From assembly GCF_001194135.2 (NCBI RefSeq), contig NC_068988.1, forward strand, positions 1,520,954 through 1,584,953: a DNA stretch of 64,000 bases, written 5' to 3'. Every line of letters starts with the position of its first letter. Positions within the stretch are counted from its first letter, which is position 1. Source of the DNA: Octopus bimaculoides. Its lineage: Eukaryota. Below are positions 50,366-64,000 of the stretch, piece by piece. The notes below the pieces were generated by a model. The model was given only the letters and a program-made list of their open reading frames with translations. It was not told the origin of the DNA and made no database searches. Position numbers and translations under genes: made by a program.

Positions 50366-53300
50366 GACAAAAAAAGATTTACTCTGTAGAAGGTGACTGG
50401 GTGGTTGAGAAGTTTGTTTCCCAAGCACATGATTGCAAGTTCAGTCCTATGATGTGACATCTCAAGCGTCTTCTACCATAGCCTGACAAAAGTGGATTTG
50501 TCGAAAGAAATTGAAAGAAGCCTCTCTGTGTGTGTGTGTGAAAGTGCAGGTCTTATATGGCTATTTGATCAACTGCTTGCATAAGTATGTCTATATATAT
50601 GTGTGTGTGTGTGTGTATTGCTGGATACATGGCTGAGTGATTAGGAAGTTCAATTCTCAATCTCGAGATTCCAGGTTCAATCCCACAGCATAACATCTTG
50701 AGCATGTGTCTTGGAGTATGCCTTCTACCATAAAATTAAGCAGAGCTTAAGTCTTGTGAACAAAATTGGTAAATAGAAGCTGGTCAGACGGATGTCTCCA
50801 TGGAATATAAGACAGTCTTGTCACACACATTGTCACGTCAATTCTGTTTTGGCCTGTTCGTGAGATTCCATATTTTATTCTTATAATTTGCACCACCATA
50901 TTGATTCTGTTGGAAAATTAAGTTTAAGTGTACACATGTCTGGAAAATTCAAAGAATTGATGGTTCTATTGATTGAATAATTGCAGCCCTCATTTGTCCA
51001 AACTTACTCAAGATCTTTCCATCCATTCTTCTCTATTTCTGTAAGTAATTAGAAAGTGATTCTATCCACACTAACGAAGTGCCTAACTAAATACATTATG
51101 TTAAAGCTTATCTTCGTCAACGACTTGTGTGTATGTATGTAAACACACACACACACACACACGGGGGTCATTTTGGTTAGCTAAACTCTTACCTCTTTCA
51201 ACAAAGGTCAAAAGGAGTCAATGTTATTTGAATAAATATTGATATCTAGCATCAATAGTTATTAGATCTATAACTACATTCGTATAGTTGGGGGTGAATA
51301 TAAGATATAAATTGCATACTTTTAGTTTGAATGAAACAATCAAACATTATTAAATCAGCATCAACAAATTTATACCATTCTTAATTCACCATCATCATCA
51401 TCATTTTAATGTCCACTTTTCCTTGCTTCAATGAAGTTTATCGAGGCAGATTTTCTACAGCCGGATGCCCTTCCTGTCACTAACATTCAACTGTTTCCAG
51501 GCAAAATATTTCCTCGTGGCCAAACAGGTTTTAACAAAATTTTAGGGATGAACATCACTGCTTGTATGAGGGTGACACTCATTTACAACTATCACATGAT
51601 ATCGAGACAAAAGGGAAGACATAAACACTTGTTCATTCAAACAACTTACACACACACACACACAGACAATGGGCTTCTCTCAGTTTCCATCCACCAAATT
51701 CACTCACAAAGCTTTATTCAGTTTAGGACTATAGTGGAAGACACTTGTCAAAGGTACCACGCAATGGAACTGAACTCTGAACCATACGATTGGGATGCAA
51801 CTTTTTTAACTGCACACCCCCACATGTACCTAGCCATGCCAGTGCAGAAGACATTCTCTCTCTCTCCCATTCTCTGTCTGTCTATCTTTCTCCCACACTC
51901 TTTCCCACTCTCTCTCTCTCACTCTGTCTCTCTCTCCCACTCTTTGTCTGTCTCCCACTCTCTCTCCCCTTCTCTCTCTCCATCTTCCTCTGGTTAACAT
52001 TGGTTTTTGGTATTACTTCATTGGTGTTATTGTTCTCATGATTATTATTATTATTGATATTATTGTTCTTGCTAGCATTTTCATTGCTGTTGGGAAGCAG
52101 CACTATTGTTTGTCTTGTCACTTCTAATCTGCCAATTCTCTTCTAATTCTCCTGATTCCACACATTTTCTCAAACCAATTCATCTGTTGATAAATAGATC
52201 TCACACTCTGCACTTCAAAACACTTCCATTGACTTCATATCCATCTTCAAATGAGCGCAGCATTCGCAATTCATCATCATTTTCATTCTTATCATTATCA
52301 TCAATGTGACTGAGTGGTAAGAAGCTTGCTTCTCAACCATGTAGTTCTGAGTTCAATCCCGCTTTGGGAAAGTCTCTTCTGCTACAGCCTCAGATTCACC
52401 AGGTTGTATGTTTGTTTCCTTTTGCACAATATTAAAACAGCTAAAAATTCTCTGAAGCAGCTCTCCAACCAATTTTATCTACGAGCCGCCACTGGTGGTA
52501 AGTGAACTCAAAGTGAGACTGGTTGAGTGAACACAACCGTGAATGAATCTCGATCATCAAAATCTTCATCAGCTGGATGAAGGGATGAGAACTTTGATTT
52601 GGAGATTCAATGTTGGTTGATAATATATGCTACATGTGAACAAGTAAACTGTATTTTGAAAATAGTGATGGAGGGCACATGGTGATCAGAATTTTGTCAT
52701 GAGTGAAGGTCAATGACCAAGTTGGTAAGCTAATGGGCCCCCAATTTGTAAATTTTGAGTTCAAATCCATCATAGATATTTCATTGTGTCTCTAAGCGTG
52801 GTACTTAATTCTTTGGGGATTGCAATATGCAGGTGACTAGTGCTCTATCCTGTGGTGATTTAACTCTCATTATGCTTAAGTTGGTGGTGAGTTGACCAAA
52901 TCGTTAACATTTTGGATGAAATACCTAGTGGGTTTTGTTTCAGTCCTTTTGAAGTCAACTATGCTTTTCATCCCTTCTGGGGCCAATAAAATACAGAATC
53001 TGTCAAATACTGGAATGTAATCGACTTCTCCCTCCCTTAAAAATTGGTGGCCTTGGACCTTCCAACCAGTGTCCTGTTTAGGGGGAATGTTATGATCTTG
53101 GTCACTTAGGTGCCATGGAAACCAGAAACCAAAAAGGATGTCACTATTAGAGTCTTAGGCAAAAAAAAGTCAATTGATATCTGATTCTTACAATTGGTTT
53201 CTATGGTTAGAAGGAGGGATAGTGGGGAAATTCAGAAGACCTTTTTCTACAGATGGAAGTGAATTCAGCTTTGCATTCCAATAAACTTCACAGTTTTTGT

Positions 53301-53469
53301 TCTTGTGTATAATGGTAAATTATAATCCCTGTACCAATTATTGAGCTTAGATAATCTTATGTCACCCATTAAGATTGGAATGAGTGCAGACACAATGCTA
53401 TAAAGCCTGTGGTGGATTATCAAAAACATTAACCTCATTTGTTTGATGTCTGATACTTTATCAACTCAC

Positions 53470-53888
53470 CTAACCAAGATTTCTTCCAATTCCTGAACAA
53501 TGAGGCTGCTGCTACTGATGAAGATGATGACAACAGTAGGTGGCAGCCACTTCTTCATTCTGTTGCTTCTCTCCACCCCCACCCCCACCCCCAGTCTTCC
53601 TGTTGCTTCACTTTCTCCTATAAACAGTTGCTGAACAGTACAAAAAAACAAAACAAAAAGCGAAAATTCAGAATTCTTCTCTCCCACCTCTCTCCCTCTT
53701 TTCCCCCTTTCCCCCCTCCCGAATCCTCTAAGATTTCTTATCTTTAGCTAGATTACATCCACTAAATCTTTTAATGTTATCACCATCAGGTAAAATTGAT
53801 TGATTTGGGTTTATTTATTTTGTTGCTTTGGAGCTAAATAGGTTTGCCTTGGTGTTGCTCCACCATAAATAAATAAATATATACATAC

Positions 53889-53933
<45 letters not shown>

Positions 53934-54141
53934 TTACCATCTTTTCATACATATATGTGTATATATATATGTATATCTATTTGATATGTTTTGTTTTCCT
54001 CTCTGAGTCAATCTGGAACAGGTGCACATGCATATTTTAACATCCCTAAATGAAAATCAAAATCAAACATGTTCTTACCTCAGCCATATTCCTTTCCTTT
54101 CGGCAGGAATTGCTAAGCATTGCTTGCAGCTTCTCTAATTT
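53470..54141 (-). other. Candidate antisense exon pair (54079-54141 and 53470-53630)
   Basis: Donors gag|gtaaga and ttag|gtgagt, acceptor ctttttgttttgtttttttgtactgttcag|; spliced product is open in one frame. Confidence 0.3.
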
Positions 54142-56589
54142 CTTTATGCAAATAAAATAAAGCCTTTCCTTCTTATTTATTGATAAGGAGAGGGGAAGGG
54201 AACTACAAGAACCAAGGGACATTTTGTATTTCTTTCACAAACTGCTTATTACCACCACCACCACCACCACCACCACCGTCACCATCCACCGCCACCACCA
54301 CCATCATCATCATAGTCATCACCATTATTATTACTATGGCAGTGGATTGGCAGAACTGTTACTGCTCTCTGCAAAATGCTTTCTGATATTTGTTGCAAAT
54401 CTTTATATTCTGAGTTCTAATCGCAATGTGGGTTGTCTTTGTCTTTTGTCTTTTTGAGGTTGATAACATTGAGTACCAGTCATGTACTGGGGGTTCATGG
54501 TATTGACTAACCTCACTCCTGGTAAAAGTGAATCTGAAACCTATTTTCCCACTCTGTAGGAAAATATATGACAAATTCACTTTTGCTAGGATTGAGGTTA
54601 GTCGTGTGTGTGTGTGTTTGTCCCCCCATCACCACTTGATAACTGGTGTTAGTTTGTTTACATCGCTGTAACTTAGCAGTTCAGCAAAACGGACTGATAG
54701 AATAAGCACCAGGTTTGAAAAATAAGTCCTGGGCTCAATTCATCCGACTTGAATTTCTTCAAGATGGTACTCCAGCATGGCCACAGTGTTAATGACTGAA
54801 ACGAGTAAAAGGTAGAAGTAATTGCAAGCTTTTAATTTTAATTAATTAGGATAATAGAAGACTCCTACTCGTATAATAACAAAAAAAAAACCCATTTTTA
54901 TGTGTTGTCAAGAGGTTGGCCATATAAACCTTTTTCTTCTTTTGGTGAAGGGTTAGGTTTTAGAATAGAATAAATCTCATTTCTCCTTCACTGTTGAATA
55001 GTTTGTGTGAGGCTAGGGACACCATTATGTGGAAGAAAAAAAAAACCAAAGAGACAAAAATTAAAATTTCTGTAGTTTAATGGATATTCAATACTAATAT
55101 TAACCCAGACGGACATGGCTTATCGATTCATGCAAAAGAAGAAAAGTGCATAATTCACTCCCCACCCTCTACCCATCACTTACTCTCACCTTGATCTCGT
55201 ACCTCACCTTTACCTTTGTCCTCTTGCTGTTACCAATCACTCTCTCTCCCCCTCTCGACCTCCTCTACCATCTTCCCACCATACCCTTGTTCCTTCCCAC
55301 CCATTCTGGGTTTTCTGATATCGGTTTTTTCTCTCTTCTTTCTCTCTAGTTCCTTTTCCTTGCTCACCTGTGTAAGTATACCCATCCTAATTCATTCACC
55401 ACTCCCTCTGCATACATTTACTTCCACCCCCTGCCATCACTCCCACCTCTCAGACTTTTCTGTCCGTCATTGTCCCTCCACCTCCAAACTTAGATTTACT
55501 GCGTTCAATCCCCCTACTCCACACCTGCACACACACATGCCTACTACTGTGAAGTGGTTGGTTAAATTCACAGAGAGAGAGAGAGAGAGAGAGGTGGGTA
55601 CAGTTATGATTCCCCTCTTGTCCAGTCTCATTGATTATTTAACCTCTTGTGTTCGTGTCAATGTACTTAGAACACTCTGGAAAAGAAGTCCAACCATAGA
55701 AGCTAAGCTGAATGACACACGAGGGGGTGGCGCTGAAAAGGTCTTGGCTTTGGGGAAAAGAAAATACAGGGGGATCTGTTAATTATGATTTTATTCAACA
55801 TATTCCCCTCTCAGATTCACACACTTATTGCAGCAATCCTTCAGTTTTTCTATGCCCTGTAAAAGGACTTGGAAGGTTGGGCCTCCAACCAGGCCTTTCG
55901 CAATACCCTTTAAGCTAGGATCTTTCCAGCACCCCATCATACAAGCCCCTAGTCCTTTTCTGAGCTGTGGCTTCCAATTGTAGACCATAATGACTTGTCC
56001 AAACACACAAGCATGGAAAGCAGACATAAAACAACAATAATATTAAATTGTGTAGGTTTGTCTTTGAAAAACATTGCCTATGGTTCCTAATAATTAGGAA
56101 TAAATTTTTTTAAATATTTCCACTGGAATGGAAGCAGCCTATGATTTTATTAATTTAAAACTTTAGCATCACAATGCTTCTTTTTCCCATTAAAATTATA
56201 AATTCTTCCTTTAGAATTGTAACATTTAACTCTAGGCAACAGTCATAGTCATTGTGTACTTCCATATTTTTTTCCCCAAATACCTTTGATACAAATTACA
56301 TTTTCATTATGCTATTCCTTGAGAAAGATTTCAGTATTTTCTTTTTAATTTTTGCAGTAAAATGGTATAAACTCTCTTCAGGCTAAAACATTTAATTTTG
56401 AGTGTTTGTGTGGGTTTTCTGCAACTTTTCCTATTACTTCTGCATCAATGAATATTAAATAACAATCGTAGTTTAACTAAGGAGATAAACCAGGATTTTT
56501 TCAGTCTTTGAAGTTTGGAATTAAGTGTCTTATATAAAAGACAACACACACACTCACACGTGTGTGTGTGTGTGTGTGTGTGTATATGT

Positions 56590-56807
56590 CTCTTTTATCT
56601 TTTACTTGTTTCAGTCACTAGATTGCAGCCATGCTGGGGCATAACCTTAAAGAATTTTAATTAAACAAATAGACTAAAGTACTTACTTTTTTTTTTCCTT
56701 TTTAAGCCTGTTACTTATTCTATCAGTCAATTTTGCTGAACTGCTAGGTTACGGGGACATAAACAAACCAACACTGTCAAGTGGTGATGGGAACATACAC
56801 ACACTTA

Positions 56808-56869
<62 letters not shown>

Positions 56870-57025
56870 AATGACAGACTTCTTTCAGTTTCTGTCTACC
56901 AGATCCACTCACAAAGCTTTGATTAGCCTGAAACTATAGTAGAAGACACACAGGGTGCCACTCAGTAGGACTGAACCTGGAACCATGTGATTGGAAAGCA
57001 AGCTTCTTACCACACAGCCATACCT
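56590..57025 (-). mobile_element. Full-length SINE-B
   Basis: Family tail through head; further minus-strand partial copies near 17270, 18520, 31640, 51660, 57925, 59780, 60968, 62045 and 63425. Confidence 0.85.
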
Positions 57026-57564
57026 ATGAATAAATTAAATGATTAATCAGTCATATAAACTGTTTAACAAATAAAGAAAATGTCTGAATTTGTAAAACTT
57101 TGCAACCCACGTTTACTTATAAGAATGTGTTGCAGAGATCACATGAGCAGGGCGATGCAGACACAACCTCTGAATGGTTTATAATAGAGAGGATTATTGT
57201 AGATTTAACATTTGCGGCTTTGATTTTGGTTGGGTGATTCTATAACTTCTCGATGATAGCACAATAATAGATATCATGTTTGCATAACTAGTTTGGTCTC
57301 AATTCAGATTGAATCTCTTTCTGTTTACTGTTTTCCTTTTCGCTTCGAGAGATACATCCATAATCATTTAGCATTCATGTTCCATGCTGGCATGGGTTTG
57401 ACAATTTGAGCAAATCTAATGGGTTGGACGACTGCATCTGGCTCCAGTGTCTGCTTTCACTTGGTTTCTACAGCCAAGATGTCCTTTCTAACAACAGCCA
57501 CTTTACAGCATGCACTGGGTACTTTTTTTTTCATGGCACCAGCACTAGTGAGGTCACCAGTAAG

Positions 57565-57925
57565 TCTCATCATCATCGTTGTTTAATATCCACCTTCCAT
57601 GCTGGCATGGGTTGGACGGTTTGACTGAGGACTGGTGAACCAGAAGGCTGCACCAGGCTCCAATCTGATCAGGCAGTGTTTCTACAGCTGGATGCCCTTC
57701 CTAATGCCAACCACTCTGAGAGTGTAGTGGGTGCTTTTACGTGCCACCGGCACGAGTGCCAGTAAGGTGGTTCTGCAACGACCACGCTCAAAAGGTGTCT
57801 TTATGTGCTGCCTGCATGGGAGCCAGTCTGGCATCACTGGCAACGACCACGCTCAAATGTTTTTCATGTGCCGGTAAGGTGATGCTGGCAACAATCACGC
57901 TCGAATGGTGCTATTCATGGCGACA
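57565..57925 (-). mobile_element. SINE-C with about three internal units
   Basis: Family tail, conserved body and tandem units. Confidence 0.85.
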
Positions 57926-58621
57926 TAAACAGACCAACAACAGTTGTAAGTGGTGGAGGGGGAGAAACACACACACACACGACAAGTTTCTTTCAGTTTC
58001 TGTCTACCATATCCTCTCAAAGCTTTGGTTGACCCCAGGCTATAGTGGAAGACATTTGCCTAAGGTGCCACACAATGGGACTGAACCCTGAACCATGTGG
58101 TTGGGAAACAAACATCTTACCACACAGCCATGGCTGTACCTTCTCTAAGTTTTCCTTCCATATGTATTAATGACATCAAAAACTCGTTTATGACATGAAT
58201 TATTAAATTTAGTTACAATTTTAGTTTCACTGTTCGTCTAACTTTGTGAGGAAATCACACATTGCATTAAATGGAAGAATTCTATAGATTCCAAGATGCC
58301 AGAAACATCTGTTTCTTTATAGGATCCAAGTAGCAATATTTCCATAAAAATGAAACTTGTGATGCAGAAAAGAATTAAAAATTGCATAAATGTTGACTGT
58401 TGAACATTGATGTGATTAAAGAAGTCAACCAGTTCCAGTCAAAGCTAAAATGGTAAGCACCATTGTTGCCAATTTGAGCTCTGCTGTCTATGCTGCTCTG
58501 TCGAGTATTATGAATTTTTATCCAGTAAATAAAGATGGCTAGGGTTTGGAATAACTAGAAAACTACTGAGAGACAATTCAATGGAAATTACCAGCTTCTT
58601 TGAAGGTGAATTATTATTATT

Positions 58622-58998
58622 TGCCAGTGCCCCTGGACTGGTTCTTGTGCGGGTGGCACATGAGATGCACCATTTTGAGCGTGGCCGTTGCCAGTACCGC
58701 CTGACTGGCTCCTGTAGGATTTTCGAGCGAGATCGTTGCCAGTGCCCCTGGACTGGCTTGTGCGGGTGGCACATAAAAGACACCATTTCGAGCGTGGCCG
58801 TTTTCGTGCGGGTGACACGTAAAAGCACCCACTACACTCTCTGAGTGGTTGGCGTTAGGAAGGGCATCCAGCTGTAGAAACTCTGCCAAATCAGACTGGA
58901 GCCTGGTGTTGCCATCCGGTTTCACCAGTCCTCAGTCAAATCGTCCAACCCATGCTAGCATGGAAAGCGGACGTTAAACGATGATGATGATGATGATG
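58622..58998 (+). mobile_element. Young SINE-C copy
   Basis: CpG-rich; internal units then ggcgttaggaagggcatccagctg...gaaagcggacgttaaacgatgatgat. Confidence 0.9.
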
Positions 58999-59029
58999 AT
59001 TATTTTTATTATTATTATTATTATTATTA

Positions 59030-59525
59030 TGTGAGGCAGCGAGCTGGCAGAATCGTTAGCAGGCCGGGCAAAATGCTTAGCAGTATTTCGTCTGTCTTTA
59101 CGTTCTGAGTTCAAATTCTGCTGAAGTTGGCTTTGCCTTTCATCCTTTCGGGAGTGATAAATTAAGTACCAGTTGCATACTGGGGGTCGATCTAATTGAC
59201 TGGTCCCTCCCCCAAAATTTCAGGCCTTGTGCCTATAGTAGAAAGGATCATTATTATTAGTATTATTATGTAAGCCAGTGAGCTGGCAGAGTGGTTAGCA
59301 CACTAGGCAAAATGCTTAGCAGTATTTCATTCATCGCTACGTTCTGAGTTCAAATGCTGTCAAGGTTGACTTTGCCTTTCATCCTTTTGGGGTTGATAAA
59401 TTAAGAACCTGTGAAACACTGGGATTGATGTAATCAACTAGTTCCCTCCCACAAATTTCAGGCCTTCTATTTTTAGAAGAAAGAATTATTATTATCATGG
59501 GGTGGTGGTTTGGCAGAACTGTTAG
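59030..59525 (+). mobile_element. Tandem SINE-A chain (two full copies plus a third head)
   Basis: gaggcagcgagctggcagaatcgttagc at 59034, gccagtgagctggcagag at 59274, tttggcagaactgttag at 59510; ATT spacers. Confidence 0.85.
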
Positions 59526-60125
59526 TGTTAAATGGAACTTGTTGATTGAGGTAGATTTTTCAATGGCCAGATGCCCCGCCTGTTACCAATCCACACACAC
59601 ACCCATTTCTAATTAAGGTAATATTTTTGCACAGCCAGAAATGTTCTCGCAGAATATTGGAAGCAAACAACACTGCTTATATGACAGTGGCACTCATTTA
59701 TGATTCTTATGCAATGTCAAGACAAAGAGGCACAAGGGACACTGATGTGGGCGTACACATGCACACACACACACATGGGTAAACACACACACACATGTAC
59801 GACAAACTTCCACAAGTTTCCATTTACCAAATTCACTCCCAAGGGTTTGGCCAGTCTGGAGCTCTACTAGAAGACACTTATCCAAGGTGCCTTGTAATGG
59901 AACTGAATCTGGAACCATGTGGTTTGGAAGTAAACATCTGCTCACACATCCACCCCTGCACCTCTGCCATGTACTTTAATAATTGAAGGACATCGCTACC
60001 AGATATTGGAAATCTATTCTAAAAACTCTTCTCTTTTTTTTCTTTGATTGTTTAAATTTTTGTATTTCTATATCCTCATGTTTATTTATATTTTGGGTTT
60101 GAGATTAAAATCTCCCCTGTGTGTG

Positions 60126-60171
<46 letters not shown>

Positions 60172-60421
60172 GATAGTCTGTCACAAAGCAACAGGTATAC
60201 ATGTGATGGTAGTGGTACTTGTGAGGATGATGATGATGATAAGCATGGTAATGGTGATGATGATTTTGCAGTTGTAGCGTAATATTGTTTAATTTTTTTT
60301 TTATATTTTCATCAATAAACATAGAATTTAAAAATTTAACCAGAGTTGTTGTTGAATAATGTTTGATTGTGTGAGAGAGAGAGAGAGACAGTGTGTATGT
60401 GTGTGTGAAGGAGAGAGTATA

Positions 60422-60498
<77 letters not shown>

Positions 60499-61793
60499 TT
60501 ATTTTAGATTTCTTACCAAAACTCTGTTGAGGGTGATCTTGTAACCTTCATCTTTGTGGCTGGAATTGTTTCTGAGAAACATTCAACAAGTTCTTGGTTA
60601 AAGGAATTTACAATGCAGATGTCTGTGCTGGTGCCACATAAAAGGCACCCAATACACTCTGTAAAGTGGTTGGCATTAGGAAGGGCAATCCAGCTTTAGA
60701 AACCATGCCAAAAGAGACAATTGGAGCCTAGTGCAGCTCTCCAGCCATACCAGCTCCTGTCAAACCATTCAGCCCATGGCAGCATAGAAACTGATGATGA
60801 TGATGATGATGATGATAACGATGGTGATGGTGATGATGGCGACAATAACGATGATGGTTCTGACTTGTTAAGCTTTTGTAATTTGGTGTCATGAAATCCA
60901 TGAAAGAAGTCTTCAGTAATGAAGAACAATAATTACAACATGGCTATTGCTTGTTGAATGTGTTTCTGACATAGGCTTTGGTTGGCCCGAGGCTTTAGTG
61001 GAAGACACTTGCCCAAGGTGCCACGCAGTGGGACTGACCCGGGACCATGTGGTTGGTAAGCAAGCTACTTACCACACAGCCACTCCTGCACCTATGATTG
61101 TTTATTTTTAGAATGACATTGTAGGGTAGGTATGAGAGGCTGAATCCAACCTCTTTGTACATAAAACATGTAGAATATCTGGGCTGGATATGACAAGTTT
61201 CAATGCTAAAGGATTAAAAATCCCAATTCACTGGTAAAAACATTTGGCTGGTTGCGTTGGTATGTTTGATGTAAATGCAGCAGTTTGTGAAAACAGAACG
61301 AAATCAGGGAAGAGTAAGGAAGTAATATATACACCCACTGTATATAGTTAATAGATTCAGTGAAAATGCTTAGAAAAGACACAGAGTGTGTATAATTCAA
61401 GTACAATAAACCAGTTATTTTTTATAGGACTGATGAAAAGAAAAAGATGTTTATAGAAATTACCACATATTAAATAAAGATATTTCAGTCTTTATAGCTA
61501 TTAATAAAATAATATAGAAAAAAAAGAAGCATATATCTTTCTTTTTCCCATTTTGTGCTTTGTTGGGTTTTTTGTATATTTACTTTTTTTTTGCCTCCTT
61601 TATTTTTATTTTCTGTGAATAACGAAACTGTTTGAAATGTGTTGCAGATGTTTTTCAGGAACAAAGTTCCTGTTTTTGGCTGTCAACATTTCCTCTGTGC
61701 TTTTGTTTAAATTCAGTGTTCAGATATTTTACCAACTCTCTCTGTTTTCACAATATTATGAGTCACTGTTATACTAAACATTACTATCAACCA

Positions 61794-61832
<39 letters not shown>

Positions 61833-62329
61833 CTGCAGCTTCTCTTGTTGCATGTTACCTGTCGATCACAGTAATTAAGTGATTAGCACTGCACCCCTCC
61901 CCCCCTCAACCATACTTAACCTTCAGACTCTGCTTTATTCGTTCTGTTATTAGACACCATAATTGAATAATCTTTTTTCATGATGCCATCATCCTCAAAA
62001 GGGAAGATTAAGTTTCCACCATTTTAGTGCAGAACACAAAAGTTATCTTTCATCTTTTACTTGTTTCAGTCATAGACTACAGCCATGCTGGGGCACTGTC
62101 TTCAGGGATTTTAGTCAAATGAATTGACCCCAGAACTTTTTTTATTGAGCCTAGTACTTATTCTATCGGCCCTTTTTGTCAAACTGTAAAATTACGAGGA
62201 TGTAAATAGACCAACACCAGTAGTGGGGGACAAAGACACACATACAAATATATGTGTATATATATATATACACAATGGGCTTCTTTCAGTTTTCATCCAC
62301 CAAATCTGCTCACAAGGCTTTGGTTGGCC

Positions 62330-62570
62330 ACTCAGGCAGTACTGCCATCGGTCACGACAACATATATTTATGGCATGTAAAAGCACCCCAGTGTCACACA
62401 AATGGCACTCGTGCTGGTGACACGTAAAAGCACCTGTTATACTTTCAGAGTGGTTGGCGTTAGGAAGGGCATCCAGCTGTAAAAGAAACCCATGTCAAAT
62501 CAGTCTGGTGCAGCCTTCCAGTGTGCCAGCCCAGTCAAACTGTCCAACCCATACACTCTTCATGATTATT
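62330..62570 (+). mobile_element. SINE-C copy
   Basis: ggtgacacgtaaaagcacc...ggcgttaggaagggcatccagctg...gtccaacccatac. Confidence 0.75.
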
Positions 62571-63232
62571 GAGTTCTTTTGTCATGTTGCTATCTTCCCA
62601 ATTTTTTTTTTTTTTTTTTTTTTTGAGAATTCAAAAATATTATATATATATAAAATTTGTGTGCATTTAAACACAAAAGTGGTGACCCTAACAGCTCCTG
62701 CTGATGAGAACTTCCCCTAACAAATTGTTTCATTTGTTAATTAAAGTTCTAAACCTAGGTCTGGGAGGTAAATATTGTAAATGTTTTTATTTTTCATTCC
62801 CTTCGAAATTGCTCNNNNNNNNNNNNNNNNNNNNNNNNNNNNNNNNNNNNNNNNNNNNNNNNNNNNNNNNNNNNNNNNNNNNNNNNNNNNNNNNNNNNNN
62901 NNNNNNNNNNNNNNNNNNNNNNNNNNNNNNNNNNNNNNNNNNNNNNNNNNNNNNNNNNNNNNNNNNNNNNNNNNNNNNNNNNNNNNNNNNNNNNNNNNNN
63001 NNNNNNNNNNNNNNNNNNNNNNNNNNNNNNNNNNNNNNNNNNNNNNNNNNNNNNNNNNNNNNNNNNNNNNNNNNNNNNNNNNNNNNNNNNNNNNNNNNNN
63101 NNNNNNNNNNNNNNNNNNNNNNNNNNNNNNNNNNNNNNNNNNNNNNNNNNNNNNNNTATATATATACATGTTGATAACATCCAGATAACTGGAACCAAAA
63201 AAGACTTACAGATTCATTTTGTTATATTTCAG

Positions 63233-63318
63233 GCACGAAGCCCTGCTGAGATGAACTTTAGCCTTGATTCAAGTAAAGCTCAACGGGAACTCATTGCACA
63301 ATTAGAGGCCAAAAATCG
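63233..63318 (+). CDS. Dyb (DTNA/DTNB-like): Internal coding exon of dystrobrevin (start of coiled-coil region), phase 0 to phase 2
   Basis: Acceptor ttttgttatatttcag| and donor aatcg|gtaaga. 86 nt translate to ARSPAEMNFSLDSSKAQRELIAQLEAKN(R), recognised from memory as similar to vertebrate dystrobrevin ...FDANKQQRQLIAELENKNR. Too short for the ORF track. Confidence 0.9.
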
Positions 63319-63659
63319 GTAAGACACACCACAGCATTCACTGTTCTTCATTTATTTTCTTGGCCAAGGTTTCCATTACTTCCTTCTTTATAAGATAATG
63401 TGATTGGAAAATATATTGATCTTTTAGCTGTTACTTGTTTTTGTCGTTTGACTGTAGCTGTGCTGAAGAATTTGTCTTGAAGGGTCTCTGTAGAACAAAT
63501 TGATCCCAGTATTTATTTTTTAAATCTGATACTTTATCAGTATCTTGAACGGATAAGTTACAGGGATGTAAACAAACCAATACTGGTTGCCAAGTGGTGT
63601 GGTGGCGGAACACAGACACGCACACATATATAGGTGTATGTATGTATATATAAGTATAT

Positions 63660-64000
63660 ATCATCATCATCATCATCATCGTTTAACGTCCGTTTCCATG
63701 CTAGCATGGGTTGGACGATTTGACTGAGGACTGGTGCAACCGGATGGCTACACCAGGCTCCAATCTAATTTGGCAGAGTTTCTACAGCTGAATGCCCTTC
63801 CTAACGCCAACCACTCAGAGAGTGTAGTGGGTGCTTTTACGTGTCACCCGCACGAAAACGGCCACGCTTGAAATGGTGTCTTTTATGTGCCACCTGCACA
63901 AGAGCCAGTCCAGAGGCACTGGCAACGGTCTCGCTCGAAAACCCTACAAGGCCAGTCAGGCGGTACTGGCAACGGTCACGCTCAGGATGGTACATCTTAT
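63660..64000 (-). mobile_element. Young SINE-C copy (runs off the window end)
   Basis: Near-identical reverse complement of 58622-58998, including diagnostic gtgtcacccgcacgaaaacggcc. Confidence 0.9.

Noticed and set aside
55625-55740. Plus-strand open segment SLIDYLTSCVRVNVLRTLWKRSPTIEAKLNDTRGGGAEK
   Set aside because: Poor donor (gtcttg) and no homology; may be regulatory, but there is no evidence in the sequence.

Overview
AT-rich, microsatellite-dense animal genomic DNA from a gapped draft scaffold (11 N-runs, many next to (TA)n tracts). The SINE landscape resembles an octopus (coleoid cephalopod) genome; this is an inference from family appearance, not a search result. Only one host coding exon is recognisable: an 86-nt plus-strand exon at 63233-63318 (ARSPAEMNFSLDSSKAQRELIAQLEAKNR) matching the first coiled-coil region of dystrobrevin, so most of the window is probably dystrobrevin intron. 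The rest is repeats: four SINE families (called A-D here; A, B and D have tRNA-like heads), decayed LINE fragments (RTE x3, Tx1/L1-like x2, an RLE-type element, possibly CR1), a Tc1/mariner transposase remnant, two TTAA/CCC-ended MITE families and several unrelated fold-back palindromes. Nearly all ORFs in the supplied track are microsatellite or N-gap artefacts. I found no CRISPR, rRNA or genuine tRNA gene and cannot claim a new system outright. Best leads: (1) SINE-A and the Tx1-like LINE share a 3' motif plus (ATT)n tail, suggesting a LINE-SINE partnership; (2) (ATT)n/(AAT)n tracts act as landing pads for several retroelement classes; (3) young inverted SINE-C copies bracket the dystrobrevin exon; (4) long hairpins, including a pre-miRNA-sized one; (5) a CpG/CT-rich candidate internal promoter with phase-compatible micro-exons; (6) exon-like segments on the antisense strand. 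Repeat boundaries were read by eye and are approximate.
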